Assembly: GCA_051294905.1 (NCBI GenBank)
Contig: CM119372.1
Coordinates: forward strand, 6,450,001-6,514,000
DNA length: 64,000 nucleotides
Reading direction: 5' to 3'
Source: Botryllus schlosseri
Lineage: Eukaryota
Below the pieces are notes generated by a model. It did not search any database. It was not told the origin of the DNA and was given only the letters and a program-made list of their open reading frames with translations. Positions 27,801 to 42,800 of this stretch are shown one piece after another. Each line of letters begins with the position of its first letter. The first letter of the stretch is position 1. The position numbers were made by a program, and so were the translations under genes.

Positions 27801-30800
27801 ATAATTTATGTTGGTTAACGAAATACTTTTCGAGTACCCTCCAACCACGCTCCCCACCCTATTGGGGAATTTGGGGTGCGGCAGTTATGGACCTGGCAAG
27901 AATGCAAAACGTTGTGTGCGATAAACCGTCCTCTATAAAATGGGCAATGGAACATTATGACGTAACGGAGAAATTTCTCATCTTTTGTAAAGACAGTTTT
28001 TATATTATTAGGCCTTTTCAGCGCAATCCATGTATTGTCTTCCAATATAACTACTACGATGCAAGATAAATGTAATCGTGAGTAATCGTGATTACTTTTC
28101 CAGTGTAATCGTAATCGTAATCGACTACTTCCTGATTTTGCTGTAATCGTAATCGTAATCGTAATCGCGTGATTCAGAAGTAATCGTAATCGCAATCGAT
28201 TACATTCATGAAGTAATCACCCCATGTCTGATCACGATTCATGCCAAACGACATGCGTATTCAAGTTGCTCGGCAACCATATTTTTTCAAATGCATAACT
28301 ACAACTTGAACTACTCTAAGATACAGTAGATAGGTGACCGTCAACTAACCAGTAGGGCAAAATCGAGTGATTCGTTTCTGAATCTAGTACATGCTTCCAT
28401 TCGAGTCAACGAGTATCGCTCGTTATGACGTCATAACAGTATAAAAGATGAGGAAAGTACAGATATATATCTTTCATGCTACTGCAACGAATACAGCGCC
28501 CTTTCTATATCACATTAAAGATAATCTTGAATATTTTTCGACCATGCCTGTTCCATTGCAATTTGTGACAATGCTGTGTGCTGATCAGCATCACGTCTTC
28601 ACGGTGGAAAATCGTACCGAAACTATCAGTGGCGAGATAGCGTATAGTGGTACGTTCCACAGCTGCGACACCAATGGAGGTCCAATCGTTGTGCGCAGCA
28701 GTGATCGTGATTGTTAACTGCGTAATGGGCGTGCGTATCCGCGTCAGTGGGCTTGGGCTCGGGCTTCAGTAAAGAATACTGAATATCGCCTAATCGCGGA
28801 TAGCTTGTTTTGATACTTCTCAAATTTCTGTGCGTATTGTCGTGACATGCGGTGATCCGATTTTATCGTTGTTGTGTTCGTGTGTTACGTAATTCCTCGA
28901 TTCATGCGGCATGTTTTCGGCGGATAATCTTCGTCTGAATACGCGGATTTCCCAGGGTCCTGCGGATGCATTTCCAATTTTACATGGAGCTCTATCAGGC
29001 CTTATCAGAGGAGGTCAAAGCAGTCGCCGTTGGTGCTAAACTAGAAGTAACGCAATAGTAACGTATAGCGATTTCCAGTAATTAAAACGTAAAAATATTC
29101 TCGGCCTAGTCTTTGCCTGGATATGTGGAAGCTGTGAAATAGACGTAGGAATGACCTGAAATCATACCCACTTGAGTAAATAGTGTAATTGGACTCGGAG
29201 TGCGAAATAGCAGGAAACACAACAAAAATCAAGTCCAGTGCATAAATCAGCGTTCAATCTCAGAATCACGAGAATGGCAAATGTCGGCACAGCGAGCTTG
29301 ACTGGTTTCGCACTATACAGTTCTCCTGTAGCATTTTTGGAAAAAAGCAGAAATTGGATTAGAACTAAAATTACAGCATGGAAGTATGTCACAAATTTGA
29401 CTACTAGAATTAGATCACCTGCATTACTCTCTACATTAGTCTATTTTGACAATTACAATTATCTTTGTCCAACAACTCTAGTTTCGGCAAGCTCATTTCG
29501 GCGATAACGGCTTGTGATTGAGATAATGTCGGACCTGGCTATGTTATATTTATCTTTAAATATTATATTTATGTAATACTTGAACAGATTCTTGGAGGTA
29601 CTGAACTTCAATATACAATTGAATAATATTGTATTGCTATTGAAATGAACTCGAATGTTGTCGGCTGACGCTCGTCGCCAGGGGCCATTGTCAGCAACAG
29701 ATAATTGCAAGGAACATTGTATATCAACAATCTTATCACCAATGCATTTGTAACACAATACTAATATTACCAGTAAGGATGGTAGATTGACGGACCTCAC
29801 ATTATCATTACGACACATTCCGATATCTGACATCACGTCCGTCGTCATTTTCTTCCCACCCGTCGAAGATCTCCTTTCGTCCTGGGGGTGCGGGAATATT
29901 ACGAGCCAATCGCGACTACGGCGACCGATCGCCCCGCGTGACACCGTTTCCGTGATAAGCAGTATCACGCGCGGCGTTCTGCCGCGGTGGCTCACATTGT
30001 GGTCGATCGCGCTTCGATTATATGACCGTAGAAACACTGGTATGTTAATCAGGCAAGATATCGCTGCGAGTCTGCGATTTGCTATTGCACACTGTAAATA
30101 TGTGGGCGGGAGATAGGTGTATTTATCAGTTTTTTACCATATTGCGGGGAGCAAATTAAGAACATATCACTTTCAGGCACACTTGGGCAACTAGATAATT
30201 CTGATTGTCGAATTAAGACTAATTTGAGTGAAATGGAGTAATTCAATTCTAATCTAATTAGTGAAATGTTTCTTTGCTCCAATTCCAATTCTAATTGTGT
30301 AATTTTTACTGTGTTCTAATATTAAATCTAATCTGATTCCTGAATATCCTGAAAATGCTACAGAACTGTACAGTGCGAAACGAACGAAGCTTGCTGCTGT
30401 GCAGACATATGTCATTCTCGTGCCCATGGGAAAGAACTTTGATTTGATATGACCTGAATTTCTTTCACTGACGAAGAAATTCTATTTCGAAGCTGTGTCG
30501 CTATAATTTTAATTCCCATCCAGTTTGAATGAGCTGAAAATTTTCTAGTTTCCAGTAAGTCCGCTTTCAGGTACCAAATTCTGCTTTCACGCCCTTTCGA
30601 AAATGAGTAAAACGTGAAAATGAATAAAACGCATCATTCCTCGCGGAAATTTCTAGCAAGGGTTGTTGTTGTTTGCGGTATTCATGGTGTTTGTCGACTA
30701 CAATGGTCAAGGTCGTTCACACCAGGCCGATATTCCTTATTTTTCATTCCGTAACTGCCGACTAGTAGCACGGCCCACTTGTAGGCTTTTGTAACACACC

Positions 30801-33800
30801 GCTTACACGAATAAAATGGCGAGGAGGAGCCTAGAAAAACTCCAAAACTTAGTTTGGAATTCTGCAGTCTACCTCGGTCGGACTCGAACCCACAATCCAT
30901 TGATGTTGTAGCTGCGTATGATACCACTACGCTATCCCGCCACTCTCGCAGGGGTGCAGTGGGTTGGAATCGGTGAAATACGCGAAGAGCTATAAATTCC
31001 GCGACGGTTTCTATGCTGCGATACTAGTTTGTTGTTTTGGCGAGTGACGATTTAACCGCACGTTCGATGTCGGCTTTCGGCGTACTTCTGTGAACGGCCC
31101 GAAAATATAATGATTCAGTCGCGTTTCGCTGACGGCAACGATTCGATATCTGTGTTTGCATCTGGAAATAGTTCTCTCAATTTAGTGCGACCTGATCCGT
31201 TGACAAAACAACGGCGCTATTAGTAACGCACTTTGACCCGCGGGTGAGGTTCTAGTTTGTTGACTCCGTTACAGTGTCATGGATTTTTGGTTGAAGTTCG
31301 CGCCGAACGCTGCCAATTAGTACGCGCTCGTCATAGGGCGCGTTAGCGCTGTAAATGAAAAATCGTGTATTTCGGCGATTTCAACCATCGCGCAGGGTGC
31401 AATCCCGGTAAACTGCACTTTCTGGCACAACAGTTTGCTTTCAAATCCATTCCAGTGCGTTCAAACGAGTCAAATACTCGTACTTCGAGCAGTCTTGACA
31501 CCTAGATAATTATAGTCGTCTAATTAGACTATTTTACGCAAAAGGACGGTATTGTAATTCTTATCCAATGTGTAATGTGCTCGAATTTTAATTCCAGTCT
31601 GGCATTCCTGACAATGCTGCAGGTGAACTGTATATTGCGAAACAATCCAAGCTTGCTGAACGATGTAATACATTTGCACCATCCTAATGCTTACGAGAAT
31701 GAATTCAAATATGATATGAACTGAACTTGGTTCAGTTTCCAAGTTTTCACGAATTCAGTAATTCTAATTCTAATGTAATTTGAAAAAAGTTGTGTAGCAA
31801 TTATTCTAATTCGAATCGAATTTGAAAAAAAGCGTATCTATAAATCTAATTATAATCGAATTTGGAAAAACTGAAAATTTTAAGAATCTGGTAAATACGC
31901 CTGTTTTACACCCATGTATTTACGCTGTTCAAGGCGCACCTCTACCAGTATCTTGAAGATGCGGAAGTGCGTCATAATAGTGTGTTATGCATGAAAGATT
32001 CTTAGGTTACGTCGCAAAGATTACGATAGAAATAGCCGTTAGTAAAGGAAAAGTAATTCCCCAACGGGTCAATTTCTGTTTGAGTCATTCGCCCGCGTTA
32101 GAATTGTGTTCGACACAATAATTGCTGTTTTGGTGAGTTATCGACGCCGATATTTGGCTACATGGTCGGGGATTTTCAAGATAGCATGGAGAACTCGAAC
32201 CACAAACGAGAAATACCCCACAAATGAATGGAATAGTATTGATAAGATTTGTTTCGAATTAGATCGATAACCAGACTTTATCTTATATGAAACCACGCAC
32301 GATGTACAACGATGTACAGAAGGGTTGTTCGAAAATACCTTTTTTTCAGAAAACGGGGATTCACTGGTTAAATTGTTAGGTTGCCTCAAAAAACGCTGCA
32401 CACCACATTTAGGTCAATTCCAATCAGAAGAAGCCGCCGCAAAGCCAATTGAAATTTTGAATTTATTATCAAAAAATGAAAAAAAAAATTCAAAATTTAC
32501 TGTCAACCCCAAGGATTGGTTAAGTTGCTTAAAATAACAATGCATAACAATTTTTGCTCACTTCCAACTGGTGGAAGTGAAGTCACTGCAGTTGAAACTT
32601 GTGGATATGCAGAAATAGCATTGACGGTGGGAAATTCCACAGAATTTTGAATGAAAACTGAAATACCTTCGCTTCTACGGGTTGGAATTGCGTCAAATTT
32701 GTTTTGCATCGTCTTTGTAGACAAGACAACAATTTCATGGGGTTGACAGTAAAATTTGAAAATTTAAATATTAATTTTGTAGTATAATTTCAAACATTTT
32801 AATTGGCTTTGTGGCGGCTTCTACTGGTTGGATTAAAGCCAGATTTGGCGTGCAGCGTTTTTTTAGCAAACCAACAATTTGATCAGTAATTCCAGGAACC
32901 CCAATGTACTGTACAATGTACAGTCATAAACTACTGTCAAAAGAACCTCAATGTACAATGTAAATTTTCCCTGACATTATATAATATACACTGTACTGTT
33001 TTTAGTCCGGTGCTATCAACCATATTTGACCTCATCTCAACATCTGCACGATAAATCAGACGATCAGCAGTCTAATATTTAGCCTGCAGTATAATTCGTT
33101 CTCGAAATCTCAGATTCGCATTAGCTCGAATCCGCGTGGTTTGGGGCATTCGGAATTCGACCGAATCTCATCGTTGTTGTGATGTCAGTGATGAAATGAG
33201 TTATTGATTTTCATTCGGCTGTAACCCGATATTCTCCTAAGTTCGACGTTCGGTTGAATCTGGGCTTCAGTTCTAGTCAATAGATTGCTGGTAATTTATA
33301 GCTTCGATGTCGTTCTTTAGTCTAACTCTAAAATCACCGCACAATTGCTTTCAGGGACGCCAACCTCGACAATCACGCAATTCCTACGAACGCCACGACG
33401 TACTCGTTCGTACTGAGCATTCAGAAATCAAGATACAACGAAAGCGAACTTGTGTTCGGAACCCGCGTTGTTGACTTGAGGTGGGGGTCAATAAAATTGC
33501 CCATTTCGCCTACTTTTTGAGGTCTGCTGGGTTCGATATGACGTGAATATCTAGACTAGAACCCGACATCGTAAATGTTGCACACCATAATGGCCGACCC
33601 GCGTCAGGAGATGCAAACGCGTCACGGATTAGTCTGGCTTACGATAAAGTTCATTTAAACTCGACACGAAACCAACTTTTTATCAAAACACCCGTTCAGG
33701 GAGTTAACAGATCGTTTTATGGTATCGGGCAATAGTTTTCGACTTGGGAATTCAACGAATGCTTCTGAAAATGTCTATGTCGGACCACCGGTTATCCGTC

Positions 33801-36800
33801 AAGCATTACCCCAAAATGGCTCTGTCGCACACTGTAAACGAAAATCGAGTATTTCGTCGATTTCCACCATAGTGTAGTAAGGTGAAAATTATCTAAACTG
33901 CAACTTCTGACACAAAATGTTGTTTGAAAATGAATCAAATACACAAATTGAAACAAATATGTAGATGTATGCCAGGGATATCCACTTTAATCGAATCTGC
34001 AACACCACTGGGGTATATCTAGGGTTGCATTTAAAGCAAAAATAAAAAAAAAACAAGCATGTTTAAAACAATGCCCTTGTTTAAAACATGTTTTTATTGT
34101 TTTTTTAAGCCATGACGTAACGAGTATTCATATGTGACGTCATAGTGGTTGACATTGACAATTGAAAATATAGAGTAAATATAGCTCCTGCTCCTTTGGA
34201 GATATAGGCTTCAAACCCACGTCATGTACGGACCAAAAATATCTTTAACCAGGACTACATCGGCAAGCAGCATTTTTAAGGTCGGCGATCATCATCATTC
34301 GAACATTATTTTCGTGCCAACGATCTTTTGAACTTTTGAACCGACTATTTCGAGGGTTCCAACCATCCCGTATCGTATACGTCGGCTCTTTCGGGTGGTA
34401 ATCGTCCGTAGGCTCATGTACTATGTTTTTTGGAAAGTATTTACACTATTTACGCATATTGTGGCATATTTATACAACTTAAAATAGGCCCTAGTTTAAA
34501 ACACTGTTAAACATGTTTAAACAACCGTTTGTTTTAAAGGCAACCCTAGGCATATCTCCATAAGCAGTTGTATTTGACTCGTTCCCACTCATTGGAATGG
34601 GCTTGACACCAAAATATTGTACTTGAAAGTGCGTATGGCCTGATTTGCTCCCCGTGCTATGGTGGAAACCCAGTAAATCTACTACATTTCAACCCATGAA
34701 TTTAGACATGTATAGGCCAACTATATCCATCTTGATCAGTTTTTTGAATATAAGCTGCTGGAGCACATATAGAACACCCTTTTGGCCTTTTATAACGCAA
34801 TATCAAAAGTCATTCCCTTACTTTTCCAGCGATATGACAAACATATCCTATCCGTTCGGCCTCGATACCGGCTACGGAATAGGCGTGGCTTTGTCTACGG
34901 TCGACGAACCGCACAACATACGCAACCAGTCGTCTACGCTCATCGACCCGAATCTCTACTACGAAATGCTAAACCCTGACGGTAAGTGTTATTGACTGCC
35001 TCATTTTCGTCATACGTCACCATGCGCGCAGTCCCCGCTAAATTACCATGACTTATTCAACAGATACGGTAGCTATAGGGCTGGGCACAATGAATAGAGT
35101 ACTCGAATCTGAATCGAGTGTTAATTTTAATGATTCGAGTCGAGTAGTAAAATACGATTTTTTCGAGTACTTAAATTATACGCTCCTCGTCACTGAAAGT
35201 TAATTTATCAACGAGGATTATAGTTTCGATAGCATTTTCCACTGTAGAAGCCTTGCAACCTTGATCAGATCAGTCGTGTCGCAGCATGCGAAACATATAG
35301 TACAAAGCTACGAACGTTGCTGAAAATAACACATTTCCGAAATACTGATCATCCCACAACATTGTCACAAAGTTCAATGAAATTGGTGTGGTCGAAAAAT
35401 TACCAAAGTATCTTTAAAGAGATGGATGACAGACATTATATTCTTGTGGTGTCATAAAAGGTTCATCTTTGAACTTTGACATGTTACATTCTGTTATGAC
35501 GTCATAATGAGTGATACTCGAATACTCGATTCGACTCGAAGCAAAATACGTGATTCAGAATCGAAAAACTCGGGTACTCGATTTTGCCCAGCCCTAACGG
35601 TAGGTCAGGGGTCGGAGGCCCGGCGTCTACCTATGCTCAAAACCTTACGTTCAAACACGAAGGTGATTACCAGGGCAAGTTTTTATTGCAGCTAAATCCG
35701 TGGAAAGTTGTATATATTTTTCACAGAAGTTGCAATGAAAAGTTGCATTAATTTTTTCAAAATAGTTCCACTAAAATACCACATTTTGGTCGGTTGACTA
35801 AAAAATTAACGTCAACTTCTCGGCTCAGCTCCCGAAATACACGTTAGAGTGTTACTTCAGTGCTCATTTACGGTATTTCAGTCGAATTAGTCCGTGTATT
35901 TCACCAAAATTCACAAAAAAACAGTGACATAATCAGGCGATCTATTTACATATACTGCCAAATATTTCCAGTAAAAAGTTGATTGCATAAAAAAACGAAA
36001 AAACTTTCATGAAAAATCGAAAAAGTTGCAAAAAGTTGCATGGAAAAAAATGGACAAAAGTTGCAAAAAGTTGCACAATAAAATTCCTTAAAACAGCTTA
36101 AAACAGCATTCTACATAACTTCCGGGTATTTAGGAAGCTGCAGGAAGCTGTAACAAAAAGTTGCAAAATATTGCCCTAGTGATGGCATTGCGTGACTTTA
36201 CTAACGTAACGTGCTCTCGGATGGCAGGATTCCCTTTAAAACTACCCTGCCGTCCATCACTGCTTTCTCCAAAGGCTCGGTCCGGACATAATAACGTTGC
36301 CATGCAACACACTAGTCGACCTTCATTACTCTGTTGTGGAAAACGCCTCTAACAACTCCATATCCGTGTACACTGTACAGCATGTGTGTGACTTGCGCCT
36401 GAAAATAGTAGCATCGCGGTTATATGTTCTATATCCTCGTCATCCAATTAGGATGGAAGCACAGCAATATGGCTTACACCAGGGGTCCATAACACACGTC
36501 CCGCGAACTGATTTGAGATTTTTGAAGAACGCTTTGTAAATCATTTTGCAATACGGAAATTGGTCTTAGTTTAAAATTGTTATTGTTGTTGTTGTTCGAA
36601 AACCCCTTTTTCACTATTCCACACTAGCTAATACGACTTAGGTGACGGTAATAGCATTCCATGGAGGAATAATTAGCTGATATGAATGGGAATGGGCAAT
36701 GGGCATATTGCCTTGACGTGCAATGGGCCAGACACTACCGCGAAAGTGACGCTTAGAAAACGAATTGGAGCTATACCCCACAAGATCATGCTTTGCGATG

Positions 36801-39800
36801 AGATAGTTTTCCAGCAAGTACCGTGTCTAGCTAACCCCAATAGCGCTTCTTTATAGTCACTGGAAATAGTTGTCAGTTATCGTGCGCTGCTGACAGTTCG
36901 AAACTGTTTGCCCGTCGCCCCTGTTAGAGAACAAATCGTTGTAGTGACGTAAAGTTTTAAAAATGAGGTTGTTAAACTGTGTGGCCTATTTTATCTTGGT
37001 ATTGAATTCATGCGGCAGGCGGCCTCTACGAAATTTGAGAAGTGGCCAGCCGCCCGTTTTGAGTTGGCGACCCCTGGCTTACACCCACGTCTCAAGAATA
37101 TCATATGACCGGGAGTCTTTTGGCTATTCCAGATGGTGCTGACAAATCCAGATCCAAGTTGTCAGCGTTGTTACTCAAAATTTTCTACTTTATTACAAGT
37201 AGAGTTTTCAACACGTTTCAAAACTACTTCTAGTATAAGTAGGCGATTGAATGCCTGGAAAGCAGTCAATTAGTTTCAAATAATATATTTGGTCGAGTGG
37301 CCGCTTACTGCAGCAAATCGGAGGTGGCTGCTTTCGAAATTGCAAGATGCATCTTGCCAGCTAACGCAGAATTGGTAATGACGTTACACTCTTAGCGAAA
37401 AGACTGTGTAGTCGCACACAAAGCGCCGAAAAGGATGGTATACTATATCATATATCATATATCTTTTTAACATTACGTTGGCGAAGAGAAATATTCTTTT
37501 ACGAATAGCACGCTGACTAGATATTGCAGCATACACCGTCACGATAATAGCCACGATAACGATTCCCCGGATAACATTTCCGATACCATAATCAAACCCG
37601 CGCATTTTCAGTCTCAACAGGAGCGCCAATGCAGCTGACCGCGAGCGACGTGGGCACGACTCAACTCACAATTAGCTGGCGGCCGTCGAGGCCTCAGCGG
37701 CGCCACATGCCGGTTTTGAGATACGAGATCTTCATGACGCACGAAAAGCAATGCGCGCTGGGTCACGACGACGAGATATGCGACTGGCAGGAACACGGTG
37801 AGCTAAGAGGCTTAAGTCTAATTAGTTGACATAGGCGCTGAGATAAAGATCTTCAAAACGGTGCTACGAAAGCGCATTCGCTCTATCGCGTTGCGTATCG
37901 GTAGGTGAACTTCTTACGATATTTGGAATGTGCTGGTGTTATATTTTCAAGAGCTTCTCGGGGGTACATACCTTCAATATACAGTTGAGTAATATATTAA
38001 TATTGAAATAAACCCGAATATTTGCGGCTGACACTCGTCAGGGGTAAAAGTTAGCAACTAACAGAGAATTGGCTCCACTTCTTCGAATTCTCTACTTGTT
38101 ACTACCAGTTCAGAAATGCAAGGATGCACCTTTTAAAGTGCATCGTATTGTTCGATCGAAACGCAAAAGGGGTGATCCAAATTCCCTAACTACAAATGAG
38201 CTTATAAGTAGGGCGAATTTTTTGACCTACAAAATGGAAGATTTTGATCTACAAAATCAAAATTTTGACATTTTTTCACCTTAAAAATCAAATTTTGACC
38301 GAATTTGACCTAGCGTATGCAAATTAGGTGTTTTCCTACGTAATGTTAGAATTGTGCTACTTATCCTCATTTCTGGTTGGAATTGTCTGTCCTTACGAAG
38401 TAGTTTGGCCTGAAAAAAAACTTTTTTGACTCAAAAACTGACAAATTGTTCTATGAAAAACTTTATTTTAACAAAATCTGGCCCTATGAAGATTTCCAAT
38501 AGTTACATTACGCGCTATGGTAGAAAAAATTGAAAGAAATTGTAGTACAACGAAAGATGCTTTCCTACATTCTCGGGTAGAAAGTGTCTGTCCTTACTAA
38601 GTAAGTAGCTTGCCAGGAATTGAGAAAGAACATTCAACAACAGCAGTTGTTGGCTGACAACATTGAAGTTGTGTGTACACTGCTGGTGACAAACAGTGTT
38701 GCTTCATTCTGGCAATGGTTTTTACATCACACTTTTCATCATGCGCTTCTTGATTAAGAACCATGCAATGCCCACGCAGTCTTGCTTCAGTTGTGATATT
38801 GCGGTACGTTGAGCATAACACCATGTCTACCTATTTGTTTCATTTGAATGTTTATGATTCACAATGAGCAGACAATGGGCCGTCTACTACGGTAGGCCTA
38901 TAAAGTAGGCTACAGGCTGTAAAATGTCAAATGATAAGTTCACCGACAGTGCAAAATCTACGATACAAACGAAATGCAAAAAAGTTTTAACTTTGTAAAA
39001 AAATATGAGATTTTTTGACCTAACGCTAGAATTTCGACCTAATTTTGACATTTTTTGACATGTCAAAAAAATCACCCTACTTATAAGTATTAAAGATAGA
39101 ATCGGCATTTTAAAAGGACAGGATACGATTTCGAACGCTAACCTTCCATGCGTTACGCCACGGCACACGACGTACCAATCTACGGTGGCCAAGACGGCCG
39201 TATCATCACAAATCATTAGGGATGGTGTGAACGTGAGGTTCACGTTCGCGTTCTGTGTGTGAACGAGTGAACCTCAGAAATTTAGAGGTTCGCGTTCACA
39301 AACGAACCTTGGTAGGTTCTGCATTGTGAACCTTTTTCGTACATTACAATTTTCACTACAATATAATAACTTCGCATGAAATTTATTGCATTTCAACTGT
39401 GGGCCACTCTATGCACGGTGCTGGCAGCATAAAAGATCAACACCAAACGAGCATGCACCTTGATAACCTGAAAGAATTTACTTGCTTTGTTACAAAACTT
39501 TGCTCGAAATATCCAGCTTTCCGTTTGTGAATATTTAGTGACTCTCTGCTGTGAGATGGACCCGCAATCACACAACATCAAGAGCGAAATACACTACAGG
39601 TAGTCAGCGAATGATGATTATTTAATCAATCAATGGAATTGATATCGTTGTCTGATGTAAAAAAACATCTAGCAGGCGTACAGGGTCAAGCTTGGCTTCG
39701 TATGTTCATGGTATCATAAAAAACATACCCGTGCGATGGGGATGTTGGCTATTTCTGTATAACTTGTTAATGGGGAAATATCCGTAGCAAGTATAGAAAC

Positions 39801-42800
39801 ACGTTTTACACTCTGGTCAATATCAACGTCGCAATACTCATACGCCGAATACATTGTTCGTGCAAGCTTATATTCCCTTGCAAGACCTCGTCGAAATTGT
39901 TGGCAAAGCGACGGAAGATATTGATTTAATGGGGTTATTATATCATTTGATTGTCCCAGTTGATACATTTGGCAACGTTTTAAATGTCAAGATGTACTTC
40001 AGCATTGTGGCAATATATATGTGGCCCGAATCGTCGCTAGGTATCGTATACAATTGTACATTAATATAGGCTATCACGTCACTGAAATGTAGTGTTGGAA
40101 TTAGTAGCAATATGACGTCACCTTATGTCATGAGGTTCACGTTCGCGTTCACACAGAACCTTTAAAAAGCTTAGCCTTCACACGAACCTGAACCTTCCAG
40201 AGGCTCACACCATCCCTACAAATCATATTTATTAGTTGAGTGTGTGTCCTGACTTCTAGGGAACCTCCGAGACTGGCTTATGGAACCTATAGTGTTCTAT
40301 GGAAAACCGATAAAGAACCATTGTACTAGACTCATTATCGCGACAAGGGGACGGGACAACACATTGCCGCTATAAGGATGTGCTGCCGCAACGCAGCGCA
40401 TTTAATGTATACACAGCACAAAGAAGATGTGTTTGCATAACTATATAGTGATCAGTGAACGAGTCCTCGCAATGTAAACAGACCGCTCATGATAATCTAA
40501 ACTTTCAGAAATAACCGTTGCAATTTACCTCTTTAATATTTTCTCTCATTCACAAATCGTTGCTTGTGCCTTTACAGTATGAATGGCCGAGTCATAACGT
40601 ACATGTCCGCCGCCCTATTTCCAATTATAGCGATGGCATGTGGAGGAATTAACAAATTAATTTGAATACGACGACATGAATTTACGTGGCATTATATGCA
40701 TATGCGAATTCGATAAATTACGCCGGTGTACCGTTTCCAAGCGAAATTGCTGCAACGCGCGCAATGACTGCATCGCTTTATTCGCTATTTGGTTATATGT
40801 CACAGCAACACTGCTCATGGGAATACATCAAGGTCTAGTGGTGTCCCCTGAGAAAGAAATATTTAGTCTCTCTACTATTTTGAGTTCAGTGGCGACTTGC
40901 CAATAATTCTTTGTTCAAAGCCCATTCCTTTGGTCGCCATCGCCATTCGCAAAGCACAGGGCATATAACATATTGCCTGTGGTCTGTACTTCATATGACC
41001 ACGACCACCCAACATGATAGCATGCGACAATTGAGCATGTATGGTATATTCCGGGTTAGGGTTGGGTTAGATTAGGGTTAGTATATATAAGGTTTAATTT
41101 CAAGATTCGGGTTTATTATGGGGTTATAAAGTCACAAGCCCTGGTGACTAATGCTAAAGTGTCGCATAATCAACTGACGTTGAGCAACTGTAGGACATGT
41201 TCTGTTTTCCCATAATACATTAAAATTATATCATACCTACACAGTTTTTCCCAGATTCGTTTAGAATTAGAATTATTGAACCCGTAAAAATTGGAAATTG
41301 AATTGAGTTCCTAATAAGAAGTAATGCAACAAAAATCGACTTCAGTTCATATCAAATCAGATCTCATTTTCATAAAAGCAGGATAATGGAAAATGTCTGT
41401 ACACAAAGCTTGGGTCGTTTCACCCTGTGAAGTTCTCCTGTAGCACTTTCAGGAAAACAAGAAATTAGATTAGAATTAGATTACCAGCATTTCACTCTGA
41501 TTGTCTAATTAGACATCTGGAATTATGTAGTTGTGTAGGTGTCATTGCCAACGCCATCTCATGATTGCGATTTCTTTCTTTCGCAGTCCCGGATAGCTGT
41601 TACGCGAAACCGGCCAAACTGTACGAGGTGACGAACTCTTCAGAATTCGGGAGCTGGGAATACGAGAAGAGAAACTACAGCAACGTAATGTCGGTCACAT
41701 TTTTCGAGCTGTCGCCGGGCACCAGCTACTACATCACCGTGTGGGAAGTCACCAAAGCCGGCAGGAGCAAATGCCTGCGACACATCAACGAAATCACGGC
41801 TTTCAATTTGTACGCGACTTGCGGGCTTTGAATTATTGATGCGGCTGCTAACGGTGGCGTGTTTACAGCTGGGTCGCGTACGTGGTGCTGGGGTTTCTGG
41901 TGACCTTCGCTGCGGTTTTGCTGTTGCTGAAGTTCCGGCGGAAGGTGAAGAAAGTGTTTCAGATCGATATTCCGGAGCCGAGGATTTGGATAGATTGGGT
42001 ACGCTGTTGCGTTGTATTTATTACCTTTGCGTCCTTGGGCTCCTTGCCCAAGAGATATCGTTGCGCAATAATTACGGGTCTGGGATCGCCGCTTGATGCC
42101 TAGCGTTTGGGCTCAGCATTCAAGCCATCCTGTTGACCTCATATTTTCAACGCATTGTGGTAATAGAAATATAACGGTGGTCGAATTCTGATTTTTTGTC
42201 CGCCGGTTGTGTCAAAAAAGCCGTAATTTTGCTGCCAGTTCTGTTACAAAATGTCATTCACAGCCACCAATAATGCTAACAGGTTGGTCGATCTGATAAA
42301 ATTTTGGGAGACGGCCCCATAGAATTAGTACGACCCTGCTGAATTCGTCCACTGGGTGTATATACCTGATTTACGCAATTTCGTAGGGTGCAAATCAGAC
42401 CATGTCAATTTCCAATATCAAATATTGCTTTCACATCGATGAAAACGTGTCATGTGTATGAATACTTAACGAGATATATCCCATGGGTGTATTGGGTTCT
42501 TTTATCGTTTTTCACCTTTTTGCGTTCTCTTGGAGTGATACACGAACGCAGAAACCAGTCCACCTCTGGGATAGATTTCCAAAACGGTCCGAATGCACAA
42601 GTCGAAAATTTGTAGGGAGCTTCAGCACTTTTCGCCCCTTGGCTGTATCACTGTGAAGAGAGTGCTTTTGTCCCAGTTCTTGCCCGCATTGTGATTAACG
42701 AGAGATTTTAATCTAACCTGGCTATTTTCCGGATTCTAAAACGGCTTGTTTACGTTTGCACACAAAAGGGCCGTGTTCTCGAGAAATCCCTTCTCAGGGT

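Noticed and set aside
41053..41081. TTAGGG-like run (also ~25186-25217)
   Set aside because: Only a few imperfect units, more like a repeat-internal microsatellite than a telomere or fusion site.
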